From Lingula anatina (taxonomy: Eukaryota > Animalia > Brachiopoda), in assembly GCA_051362555.1 (NCBI GenBank), contig CM120646.1, forward strand, positions 11,346,001-11,410,000: 64,000 bases of DNA, given 5' to 3'. Every line of letters starts with the position of its first letter. The first letter of the stretch is position 1. A program made the position numbers and the translations under genes. Positions 1 to 17,400 of the stretch are shown in pieces. A model generated the notes under the pieces. It saw nothing but the letters and a program-made list of their open reading frames with translations. It was not told the DNA's origin and searched no databases.

Positions 1-1640
1 ACATTGGTATTATGTCAGGAAGCACAGTAGCTGCGGTTATATTTGAAAACAAATACACATGTTAGCATGTGGTACGTACTGTCAAACAGTATCTTATCGA
101 AGGAAAAATCGTGTTTTGTCAATTATTTGGATACACTATGGAAATTGCACAGTATTGTTTAAAGTTATGATTCAGTTAAACCCTTATGTGGTGTTTTCCG
201 TTCAAAGCTTATTGTAGTGCTTTATCGTACACTATATATGGATTCAAAATCATGCTGTTAGTTAAGGTTTTTAGAATCTGCCTTTATTGACTGACCAATT
301 ATACTGTACAACAGATAAATCGTTTTGGTTTTATTTAAAGGAGGCGGTTGCCCAAGTTTGATTTTAAAATTTGTAACCATTCGATTCGTTAACGCCGTAT
401 TCATCGTTATCGCCCTCATTTCTTAAACATACGCATTGCTTCATTCTGACTTAATTTAAGTCAGACGTTAAGATTAGAATTTTGTATTTTTATCACTAGA
501 TATAAGCGGTACGTGTGTGTAGTGTTATGTCTGTTGCTAGCCTCCCGGTGACATTCCCATGGTAACCAGATAACCTTAGTGATATCACAGGCGTTGATCA
601 ATAACGTGTCGATTATGGCAGAAGTGATTACTTTACGACCACTTCACAACGAGCGCCTTGACACAATTTTGGATTCTAAACGAATATATCTTATTTGAAA
701 TGATTGACGAATGAAATGATTTGGAATCGGCTGAATTCATTCCGTGTTTAAAATACTACCAAATTCTTATTCATCATTTTATAGCAATCTCTGATTTCAG
801 GAAATAATCGGGAGGTTGAGTTTGAAATAATTTCCACCAACCATCCCAACATAAAAACGGTTACAATAGCTATCTTGTCACTAAGGATTACTGGATATCA
901 AGATTGGGGAGGGTCAGTTTATGTGACTCACAGTCTCTGGAATATACATGTTTTCCTTCACGTTCTTCAGTATATGAGAAAGAGCTGTGAAATTAAATTC
1001 AGTAATTTGTTCTAGAAGGGGGGATGGGGAGGGGCGGGTTTTCAGACTTTCGAGCGCTGGTTATGAGTGTTCAACAATCGAATTTAGATCTCTTTGCAAC
1101 ATAAAACGCCGTTATAGACAATTTTACTCAGATACAACACAGTTAAATGGGAACATAGCTTTGCAGTGTCAACATCCTTATACGTTTTACACCTTTATTG
1201 ATGCAATAGAAATATTTGCTTATGTGTATCCGAGGTTCTGTTAGAGTACTGAACAATATCATAAACTTGTGGTTAGTCATCTCAAATTATCTCGAAATCA
1301 TTCCAAACATCAAGTTTCATCAGGTAACAACCCTCTGATATCGTATCTGTGGATATCAGTTGATTTTACCATCGGGTTCATCTGAATGTATATTGTATAT
1401 AATATTATATATAAACCTGGAATGATTTTGGGCGATATATATATATGTATATCCCTACAGTTTTTGAAGCATAGATCCATTTTCTTCATGAGTGTGTCGT
1501 GGGATCTGCCCATGCGTTGATAAGAACGCAAACATTTTTCTAGACACTTAAAGCATAGACACTTAAAGCATAGATTTGCCAATGGGAGGGGTATAAACAC
1601 TTTTATCCTCCAAAAAGAACCAGGAAGACCCTTGTAGTAA

Positions 1641-1863
1641 AGCCCCCTTTACACTGGACGGCGTCCTTTCTGCGTCCAGCAGTACGGCCCCTTTTGAGAG
1701 TTAAAAAATTAAAATACTTTACGGCAGACAACTGGCCGATCATTGAGCATTCATTCTGATACAAAATCGATGCTTGTGCCTCCTTATTAAGACCACAGCG
1801 ATGCCAAATTTTATGGTCGCAGAAAGGACGCAGAAAGGACGCCGTCCAGTGTAAAGGGGGTAT
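1641..1863. mobile_element. MITE with ~35-bp terminal inverted repeats, PIF/Harbinger-like ends
   Basis: CCCCTTTACACTGGACGGCGTCCTTTCTGCGTCC near 1644 and its reverse complement ending near 1860; TAA on both flanks; non-coding interior. Confidence 0.7.
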
Positions 1864-2129
1864 TAATAAGCTGTTTTAAATGAGGTTATGACTCTACTCA
1901 ACTGGTTGAAGACCCAGCATAATCATAGCAGTGATAATAATTAAATTTCAGGTCATTTGTACTGTATTTGTGAATATTTTTAGTCCATCATTCTGTGTGC
2001 ACCCTGAGTTTAAAGGCAAGTGCCGTATATTAGAGTACAGACTAGTATAGAGAGTTGGTGAGAGTCACAATCAGTATTTGGAAACACGGGGTGTATAATG
2101 TCATGTAATACATAAAGTAGATGATAAGG

Positions 2130-2357
2130 CTCACGGGTGGATCCCGGATTATTTGAAAGGGGGAGCCTACCCCCCCCCCCCACTTGGCCTGTTGAAGGGC
2201 CCCAAATTTTTTAGTATTTTGGAGGGCGAAGGGTACCATTTGGTACGGTTTAGAACTATGATTCAGCAAGTCAAAATTCTAATTTCAAGAAGGGACCAGA
2301 AATGGAAGGGGTACGGGAGGTCAGGACCCCCCTGACCCCCCTCTAAATCCGCCACTG
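2130..2357. repeat. GC-rich short interspersed repeat, MITE-like
   Basis: GGGTGGATCC...AATCCGCCACTG imperfect inverted ends and poly-G/poly-C runs in an AT-rich background; a related end (GGATCCGCACCTG) lies near 10425-10437. Confidence 0.45.
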
Positions 2358-5030
2358 CAGCTTAATTGTTAGAATTCCTAATGCGGAAAGGAAATTAGGT
2401 ACTTAGGTCCAGTGCATGTGATACGGAAACTTATTTTCAATTTATACACAGTGCTATGTTAAGTTGGTGCTTCTCCTTTCCCTTTCCATTTAATGAGAAG
2501 TGTGACTAATTCTTGATGGATAGATAAAATGAAGTAGGTGACTCAATTTTCACTTTCTTGTTCATGATAAATGTGGGCGTTTTGTCAGGTTTTCATGTTA
2601 TAGCTTTAGGTGTTAATTGATCATGTGATAATATATTAAAATATTGATATTTTTGATATTTAAATTTTTTTCGAAATGATAAAGTACATTACATTCCGAT
2701 GAAAGAAGAATGAGTTGATTTTTCTATTGTTGCTCTGCGTATTAATATAAATTGTAGTATAGAAAGCTTATAGAGGGATGCATAGTGAAGCTGGTTATAG
2801 TGTATGAGTAAATAAATTATTAATATGACTCCTATCGTAATATGGGTATATTATGCAGGGTCACGAAATTCAAGACTTCTCAGTAGGAAATTGCCATTTT
2901 ATTACAGAAAAGGGAGAATGGACGTGGCAGGGCGTTTTAAATTTGCCGTCTCATCTATTTGCTCCCACATTCCACCCTACCCCCTTTTGACACAAGCGTG
3001 GTGGCATTCCCCCCCCCCCTCCCCGCGCCATTCTCCCTTCTGATACTATTGTTATGAACCAGCTGTTCATGTAGAGTCGCAAGAAAACTATTTGCTGTTT
3101 TATTAGGTCGTTGCTGAAAAATCAAAGCCTACATTCAATTTGCTTGGTTGTTTGCCAAGAACGCCTTTATCGAGTGAGTAATTTTACTGATATTTACTTC
3201 CCGGTCGAGGGCTACAGAGGTGCTCGAAAGTTTTTAACTTTAGGTATTATGTGTATTATGTGCGGAGCTGACCGTCAACAGAATAGATTTGTATACGTTT
3301 TATAAGTGCCAAGTAGGACCGGTGTGGATTATTTGTATTTTACGCAGGTGGGGTGGTATAGGGGTATGTGGGTGAATCTTCTGCCCGACCCGCCCAGGCC
3401 TCCTCACCCTCCTAGGGTTATTTTTTAGAATCATTAAAATAATTAAATTCGTCTTAATTTAGTGTCATTAATATTCAGGATTTATAAGATTATTTCAATT
3501 ATAATCAGCTGTGACTTATAAAATACATTAAAGAAAAAAGTTGATGTTGTTTTCTACCTGGCCGAATTTTCTATGCTTATTGTTTTTTGTATTGAATTGC
3601 TTAATGTCAAATAAACATTATGTGATATTAACGTGTGTGCGTTTCTCATATTGTCACAACTTATTGAAATACAGCAAAGCATAGCAAGGTTAAATTTATT
3701 TGCAGAAAGACATCCCCCCATTTCTTTTTTTGGTATAAATAGCCGTGTACGTCAAAATTAAGTCATTTTTTTTCTGAAAGTACCTAGAAATATGAATTAG
3801 TTTATTTTTGTCAGTCTCCTTTATCACATCAAGACCATTATGTACATAAATTAAGACTATGAATATTCTTTTTAAAAAGTGGACGTCTACAGTTGACAAA
3901 AACAAAACTTCAAAATTTATCATGAAGATTAAAATGGCGCCTCCTCGTTGCCTTTTATCAGAAGCGAACACCTGAGGTGATCTCAATGTATGACTCTCAG
4001 TATGTCATGTTACGTGTTTGATCAATGATACCACAAGGTGCACAGCTGCAGCTTTTATCAAACTGGGTCACCTTCCAAGAAGAACACATCGATATCATGT
4101 TGCTGCTCTGTATGTTTATATAAGGACACAGACATCAGTGTTGACCTAAATTCGATAACATAGACACAAACATCAACGGTGGCCTACATTTGATAACATA
4201 CGGGTGGTGGGTTATAACAGTATGCCATCCACACAACACAGGAATATTGATTTTTTCAGCTAGAGTTAGTAATCTGTAGACAGGTATTTTATTATTTCCG
4301 AAAGCAAACCGTTTCCTTTTTTCTCCCATAACAACGACAACAACATTCACCTTAAAGGTGACCCCAGCTTTATCAGCAGTATAAAACATAATAAACGCAG
4401 AATAGCATATAGCCCGCTTTAGGAAGAAAAATCGATAATTGTTTGAAGAAAAAAGAATTCTGCTCAGCTTACTGGAATAGGTACATTGTCAACTATTATG
4501 GGGGCTGACAAAGATCAAATTGTACATTAAAACCCCAAAACTATGAGCACAAGACCATTGAACAGCTGCCAACATTTTCATTGAACATTCAAATGTGCGA
4601 CTTGAAAACCGTTGAATGTCGTCTCAGGAGCTAAATAAAAATTCAAATAAAATGACGTCCTTGACGGACGAAATTCAATGGCGGGAATAGAGAATGTGTG
4701 TTATATTGTTATGAGCAGCAGTTTTTATAGGCACTTGATTCTTTTAAAATGTCAGTAAGGTAGGCCTACATATTGCGCATTACGCGTACAATAGTTAGTC
4801 CATATTTTTCGTTGAACATACCAGCTCAAGGGTCTAGCATGTTTTCATATGTGGGGTATACGTGTGGTGTTATACTGCATGGATACCTTGACTTGAAATA
4901 CATTTTGATGTTGTCATTCTCAATAGAATTAAACTGATGAAATTATCACGCTTTTTTCAAACATCAACAGACTTGATTTTCTCCATATTAACAAAGGCAA
5001 CTTTTCTAGCAGTTAGACTCCAACTCGCAT

Positions 5031-5061
<31 letters not shown>

Positions 5062-6496
5062 TTAAGAAGAATACTGGCGAATGTCATAAATGTAGACCAC
5101 GGTGCCTTCTAGTGTGTTTGTCTCAACGCCTCAAACCCAGGCTTCTCTACCGCAGCCGATACTGGCGAAAATTTGTTCGATGATAGTTCAAAAAGGTCAT
5201 AGAGTGCGGAATGTGACCTCGTGACTGTTCTATTCATAAGGGGCACGCGACAAATGACGAAGACGCGTTTTCATTGGTCGCTGAAGTGGATTAAGCCCCC
5301 AGTGTGTTTGAATGACCTGGGGAAACAAATACAGGTAGAGTGGGGTGTTGATAGTTTGATTATAATATGTACCTGCAAATAGCATATTGAACACCGAGTT
5401 TTAAGTGAGTCGGTAATATTGGAAGTTGCAAACTAAGGTAAGTTGGCTGTCTGAAAGTTGCTTTACGTACCTGTAATAACCTTTGGACTACACGTTTTTC
5501 TCGCCTTTCTGTTTACGATTGTTATGAATTATAGAATGCGCAAAGCTCTAAGAAGTATTTTTCCCGATCGTTTCATGCAGTTTTTGATATCACTTGTTAA
5601 TAATGCCAATGTATCATTACGATCAGAAGGCTTGCATAAAAGGTAGATATATTTTATTGAAAAAAAAAATAATTAAGGTAGCTCTCTCCAACAGCGGTAT
5701 GGTCATAAGATGAATAGAAGGAAAATGATAATAGAAAAAATGTTGAAGGGAAAAATGGGTAAGAGGTGAAAATTAAAACTATGAACTAAGTACAATTATT
5801 CGTAAAAAGTATTCTTACAAAAATTAAAATATAATATTGCTTAAAAAGTCCAGGGTCTACAATTTGTCTACAGAATCTATCAGTGTCTTATTTTGATGTT
5901 TACAATTCAGTGGACTTCGTGATTATGCAAATTCCTGGAATGAAATTCAATGACTATAGAAAAAACAACATGTGTCCGTGATTCACCGTTTCTCCAAAAA
6001 GCTGCAGGTTCAAACATCATCTAGATGCCAGTATTGGGACTGTGCAATGCCTTCGACGATATTTCTACGGTCCAAGGGCTTTGGATTAAAAAATGTTGAA
6101 TGTTTAGTTTGAAAAAAAACATAGAATCTACGGAGGCCATGAATCCATTCGATTGCATTCGCACTGCTATCTTCCGTTTCGACGGACGCCACACGAAATG
6201 GGTTATACAGGCATGGCAAATGTAATTTAGTCAAAACATCTTTTGCATCAAACCCTCTTTTATAACACCTTTCCTACTTATTTAACTAACAGATCGCAAT
6301 AGGGAAATAATAATTAAATGTTTTTGTCGAATTTAACTAACAGGCATCTAATGCCGTATTTCAACATATTGACATTAAACGATCTCCCCAACCAGCTGGC
6401 TGTCAATATCACAGTATACGGCCTCAGCAGCTCTGTCTACGTCCACGTGAAGTTTCATCTCTTCATTAGCCATGTCAAAACATTGATATTTCCACA

Positions 6497-11989
<5,493 letters not shown>

Positions 11990-12093
11990 CTTAGCCTGGC
12001 GCACATTTAATTTTGTATTACTATTTTTGCAATGATGAACATATTTTGGGCGTCGTGTTATTGCTTGTGAATTTGCACACGCCATCCATGCGC

Positions 12094-12101
12094 TATTTAT
12101 A
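12094..12101 (-). promoter_or_regulatory. Putative TATA box of gene A
   Basis: TATAAATA about 105 nt upstream of the ATG; at the same position in B (20402-20409) and C (29107-29114). Confidence 0.55.
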
Positions 12102-14425
12102 AATAACGTGTCATAGAAATTATCATTGACTAATAGTTTCACTTTAATAGGGTAGGCTGTTTGGTCGGCTTTGGTGAATAAAGCTTTCAAATATTATTAT
12201 TACATCTGACTCCAGTGGAGTTTTCTTTTTAGAGGTCCGTCATTTATATATGAATATGTACAATGTATGCATATGAATGGCATTGATGAATATTTTGTTT
12301 TGAAATGAATGATGTCCGACTTCAATCGTCAGTAAATTGAGAAAGTGCTACCTGGGGGAAAAAGTGTTCTATGGCGAACTTACACACCGATTTCTTATAC
12401 ACCTGTTTTATATTCAAAAGAAATATGTATTTATTTAGAAAGTTCAATAGCCATCAAAATGACTCATCCTTATGACAATGTTTTTTTCAATCGTTCTGTT
12501 TTTACTGTTTTTACAGTTAGTCATTACTGAAGTTGAAAGTAAAAATAAGAATAATGGCCTTTTTACGAAAAGAGGTCTCTTTTCTTTTAATAAACTTCTG
12601 CAGGTAGTTCGTGGACCTCTTTCAACATACCTGCATAAATATATGCATTTTGTTGCTGTATCTTCTGCTATCTTCAAATGTTGAGCAATTTCTCTCCCCT
12701 ACCCCCACTTTCAAAAAGGGCAGTTTCTGACTGTAAGGTTCACATTTAATTAGTAACATTATTTTCTAAAATAAAACACTTGAGGCTCCAAATTTTGTTC
12801 ATATGTAATGGAACTATACCATGTTAACAAATCATTCACCAAATACCAATTTTGTTCTCAATTCTCAAGGATTTGATTTCAATTTATGAAAATCTATAAT
12901 ATATGACCGCTTGTGACCTTTGACCCTTGACTTGTTGTCATTTATTAATGATGTATGAAATTGATTGTCCATTCACTTACCCCTATAAGGATATAACTTT
13001 AACCATATTGATGAAGTAAGCATTTTCTCTCCCCTACCCCCACTTTCAAGAGGACATATTTTGAGCGTTAGGTTTACATTCTTTTATTTGATTTTCTAAA
13101 ATTAGACAGCTGAGGCTCCATATTTCTTTCATAAGCATAAAATTATGCCTTGTTTACAAATCATTCACCAAATACCGCTATCTTACATAAACAAAAAATT
13201 GAAAAAAAATGTTTTGGTTTTAATTTATGAAAAATCCCCATAAATGACCTCGTATGGCCTTTCAACCCATTATCAATGGCTCTTGACTAATTGTCATACA
13301 TTCGTGACTTTTGAAATTAATTGTCCCATTCCTTACTTCCATACGGATGTACAATAGATTGATATACCTGTTATCATGTACATGTAGATTATTATTGATA
13401 TACTAAGCGTTTTCTTTCCCCTTCCTCCATTTGAAAAAGTCCTTGCTGCTGCAGGGATAGAGTTATATATGGTGTGGAAGCGCACAAAAAGCTACCAGCG
13501 TGGGAAGGCTTTCACACTTATTTGGACATTACAGCTATAGGACCTGCAAAAAATCACCACGAGAATTCGTCCATTTTATCGCACGATGACAAAAAATCAG
13601 GCGTCTGACTCATGGGCTTATACAGAATAAATTGTAGCTTGAAGTGACATATTGACCACCGAGTTGTTAGTGACAGTTAAATTTGGCTGTCTGAAAGTTG
13701 CTTTTACGTACTTATAACGTTTAACCCGCACGTTTGTACTAGGCCTTTTGTTTACGATTGTTATTTTACATTTTTTCTACAGAAGAATGTGCAGCGCTTT
13801 GGTACATCAAAGGAGTGTTTTTTTTCGACCGTTCCATGCTATTTTTGACATCACTTGTTAATAATAGCCAATGTATCAGTTGAATCAGAAGGCTTAATTT
13901 GCATAAGTTATAGATATTTTATTAAAAAATTAATTTACAAAAATACAAGAAGAGAATTTAAAGATAAAATATATAAATGGGCAAATGCAAAAGAAAAAAT
14001 ACAGCAACAATTTGAAGTTGTGATCTATGATACAGTGAACGTCAAAGATCAAAATTCATAATAACAGAGACTTTGACAGTATCACAATAAATCAATTTGA
14101 ATTTTTATGGTTTGTGCAGTCAGACTTTGCAAATAACTAATGAAATCAAGGAATTGTAGTCATGTGCAATATCCAGTTATATGTCTTTGCATTTGAATCA
14201 AATGATAAAAAATTACCTGTATACGATATCGTTCTAAAGGCAATCAACAAAACTCAAAACTTAAAATGGCACTTATATCCAAAAAGATTACCACTGAAAT
14301 TGGAAGTCAGGTAAAATGCTTTCACCCGATGACCACCGGCTGGTGAACTAAAATAAAATCATACAGTAGTAATTTCCTGAATTCATTTGCACTTTTTGAT
14401 AAAATATCCAGTAACTAGTCCGCGA

Positions 14426-17400
14426 CTAGTATTTTTCACCAGGAATACACCGTGTCAGGCCCTTGAAAAGCCTTTCATCTATATTGACCAAGTCCACATA
14501 GTTCTGGGCCTTAGAGGTCAGATCTTCCAACTGTTGGCACAACTCTTTGAACGAAGGGCGAAAGGCTGGTGGCTCTCTCCAACAGCGGTACATGATGCGG
14601 TACCTGGGACAAAGTAAGATGGAGGGTAGCTTGGCACATTTTAATGTTTGTTAAAACAGACGGTTGTGTGAAAAAAAATTAAGAACACAGACCACAAAAT
14701 TTAATGACAAATTGATAAGTTGAGTTGAACATTGTACAAACCAGAATGTACAGTACTGAGGTTAATTGAATATTACGGTCGAAAAAAAAAACTACTGAAT
14801 TGCGATCTACAAACCCGTTTTGTGTCACTCCGTCTCTTGTCGCTGCTCCTTTGTCTCATTTAATGCATTTATAGACACAGAGACAACATAAAAGTACACA
14901 GTGTATGAGAGAGAGAGAGACACAGAGAGAGAGAGAGAGAGAGAGAGAGGTGGAGATGGGTACTTACACTTCGTATGTGCAGTGTTTAGGTCTCATCATA
15001 CGGTAACCATTCTCCAATTGTTGCCGTAGTATCATACTGGATATGCCTGGGTAGGGAGTGCAACCTGGGCAGGGAATTAGAATTTTTATTTTGCCGACAA
15101 TTACGTTCTACTCATGTGAATGCTTACATGTGGAGCACTTGTTTGCAGTTCACAAATTATACTTTCTACTTCCTTATTACTGTTTTGAAAAAAGGAAGAA
15201 TTGTGATCAACGCATATTTTTTACGTTTACTCTACTTGCTGTAAGGTCTTTAAAAAGAGGATAAATATATACCCAAAGTCACTATCTCCCACATAAGAAT
15301 ACCAAAAGACCATACGTCGCTGTGGGTGGTGTACACGCTGTCCTTGATTGATTCGAGCGCCATCCAGCGGAGAGGTAGGAAACCCTAATAAAACCATAGG
15401 GATTGTTGATAATTGCTTTTGTGTTGATTTTCATGGATCATGTCTGTCTTGTTAAATCCAGTTCAAAGGGTTGGCAGACAGAGATATGACAAGATAATGC
15501 AGTAGACGAGGGGACTCACTAAACGAACCTTTGCACAGGTACTTGTATTGAAAGATGAAGACAATATACTCCAGGTGGTTACCCAGTTAATTAAATCTGA
15601 CGCATTAGATTGTGTATTCGCAAAACTGAGAATGTTATATAGCTATAGTTGTGTGGTCCAGTGCAACGTACCTGTGACCGGCTCTCGTATTCTCGAATCA
15701 GGCTGACATCTCGCGCCAAACCGAAGTCTGATATTTTACAAGTGAAATGTTCGTCCACGAGCACATTGCGGGTTGCCAGGTCTCGGTGGAGGTACTATAA
15801 AAATAATACATGGTTAAAATAAAGAAAGATCAGAATGTCACGACTAAATTTCATCAATTAACCGCGAGCTTATGTGTATGGAACGTTTTTTTCTCAGTTT
15901 TAATTATGTCATTCAAATACATTATTCTCATTCAGCAAGTATAGCCATTCAACAAGTGTTGTAAGTAGCTGCATTTTGTGCTTAAAACATTTTACTAGTC
16001 CCCCCTGCAAAATTACCAGTAGGACATTATATAAACTTTAACTTAATTTTAACGTGTGAGCTGGAGTAGAAATGCTACTCCCCAGAAGACAATTTACTCT
16101 ACCAAATGCCAACCTGAAAAATGTTACCCAAAAATCCTCCCGCTGAACGACATTAAAATATAATTCTCAATTTTTACGAAAAGTGGTTATTTACCCCCAG
16201 TTCCGCTATATGTGTCATCCCACACGCTACCTCATAGGCAAATGTAAGGAGCTGTTGTGCTGTAAACTTGCTACAGCCGTATGTGTTACTGTAGTAGGTG
16301 TTTCCCCGACCATTCCGCAAAACACGCTGCAGGCTGCCCATTGTCTGGTACTCCATCACGATAAACAGAGGGTCTGGGAAAGATAAGAGAACGTTTTTAT
16401 TACAAAACCATAAAATACAACTCTATAAAGCAGAACTTACAACTAAAAACGTGTGCGTGTGTGTGCTGTTTATCCGTTTTTAACATTGCTCAGAGTAAAT
16501 ACTAGCTCAAATGACACTACACAGTACTGGAGGTTAGTTTTTTTTAATCAAATACCATAGAAAATTATCAGGTATACCTTCTTTGGAGGATGTAGCTATT
16601 AAAGGAACAATATTTTTGTGCGCCGGTACATTTTTCAGTGTCTCCATTTCTGTTTTGAAATCTTCTTTTTCTTTGAACATTGTATTTCCTAGAAAGACAA
16701 TGAAAAATCACATAAGAAATCGGTGCATTAAATTTTTGTTTGTATATCTCACATTAGATTTAAAAATAATTGACATGATGCATGTTTATCAAATACATGT
16801 ACATTTATACAAGTCTGCCAGACACTACATTTCATATCAGCTTTTAGTTGCAGTACGGTGTGTTTTTAGGTTTTTAAAACATGGAAAGTCAAGGCAGATT
16901 AACGACTGAAAAAAAATGGTATCTTCTACACCAAAGCATCCTATCTACCTTTCAAAATGTTAACGGCCACAGTTTTCACTTTTTCCTCGACCTCCATGTA
17001 GCCTTTCCATACCTCTCCGAACTGACCCTCGCCCAGTTTGCAGGAACGATCGAACTGGAGCTCCTGGATTGAGATTTCCCCAGCGCCTGTCTCCGACGAG
17101 GTGTTTTCAGTGCCTGCAGGGTTGCCGGCGTCATGTACCGGAGGTTCCAGCTGGGGCAAAATACGTAAACAGAATTACAAAAACAGTTGACTTTCATTTA
17201 GATACAGTGTATGGCCATTTTAAGAACCTAAGTTACCAGTTGGCAGTTGGCAGATTAAAGATAAATGACAATTTACTGTACACAGGGAAAGAATAGTTTA
17301 TTCAATGTTCAGCGGTTATAGCACAATGGAACATGATGAAATACTAGTCCTTTGTACATTACACCTGTAAACTGCGCGAGTTTATAATGGTGTGTAGATT

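Noticed and set aside
1-6300. Short ORFs in the first 6 kb
   Set aside because: No recognisable motifs or consistent splice chain; expected by chance in AT-rich DNA.
12345-14061. ORFs in the A-B and B-D intergenic blocks (also 21933-22280)
   Set aside because: Frames are not preserved between the duplicated copies; the region holds degenerate ~330-390-bp non-coding repeats.
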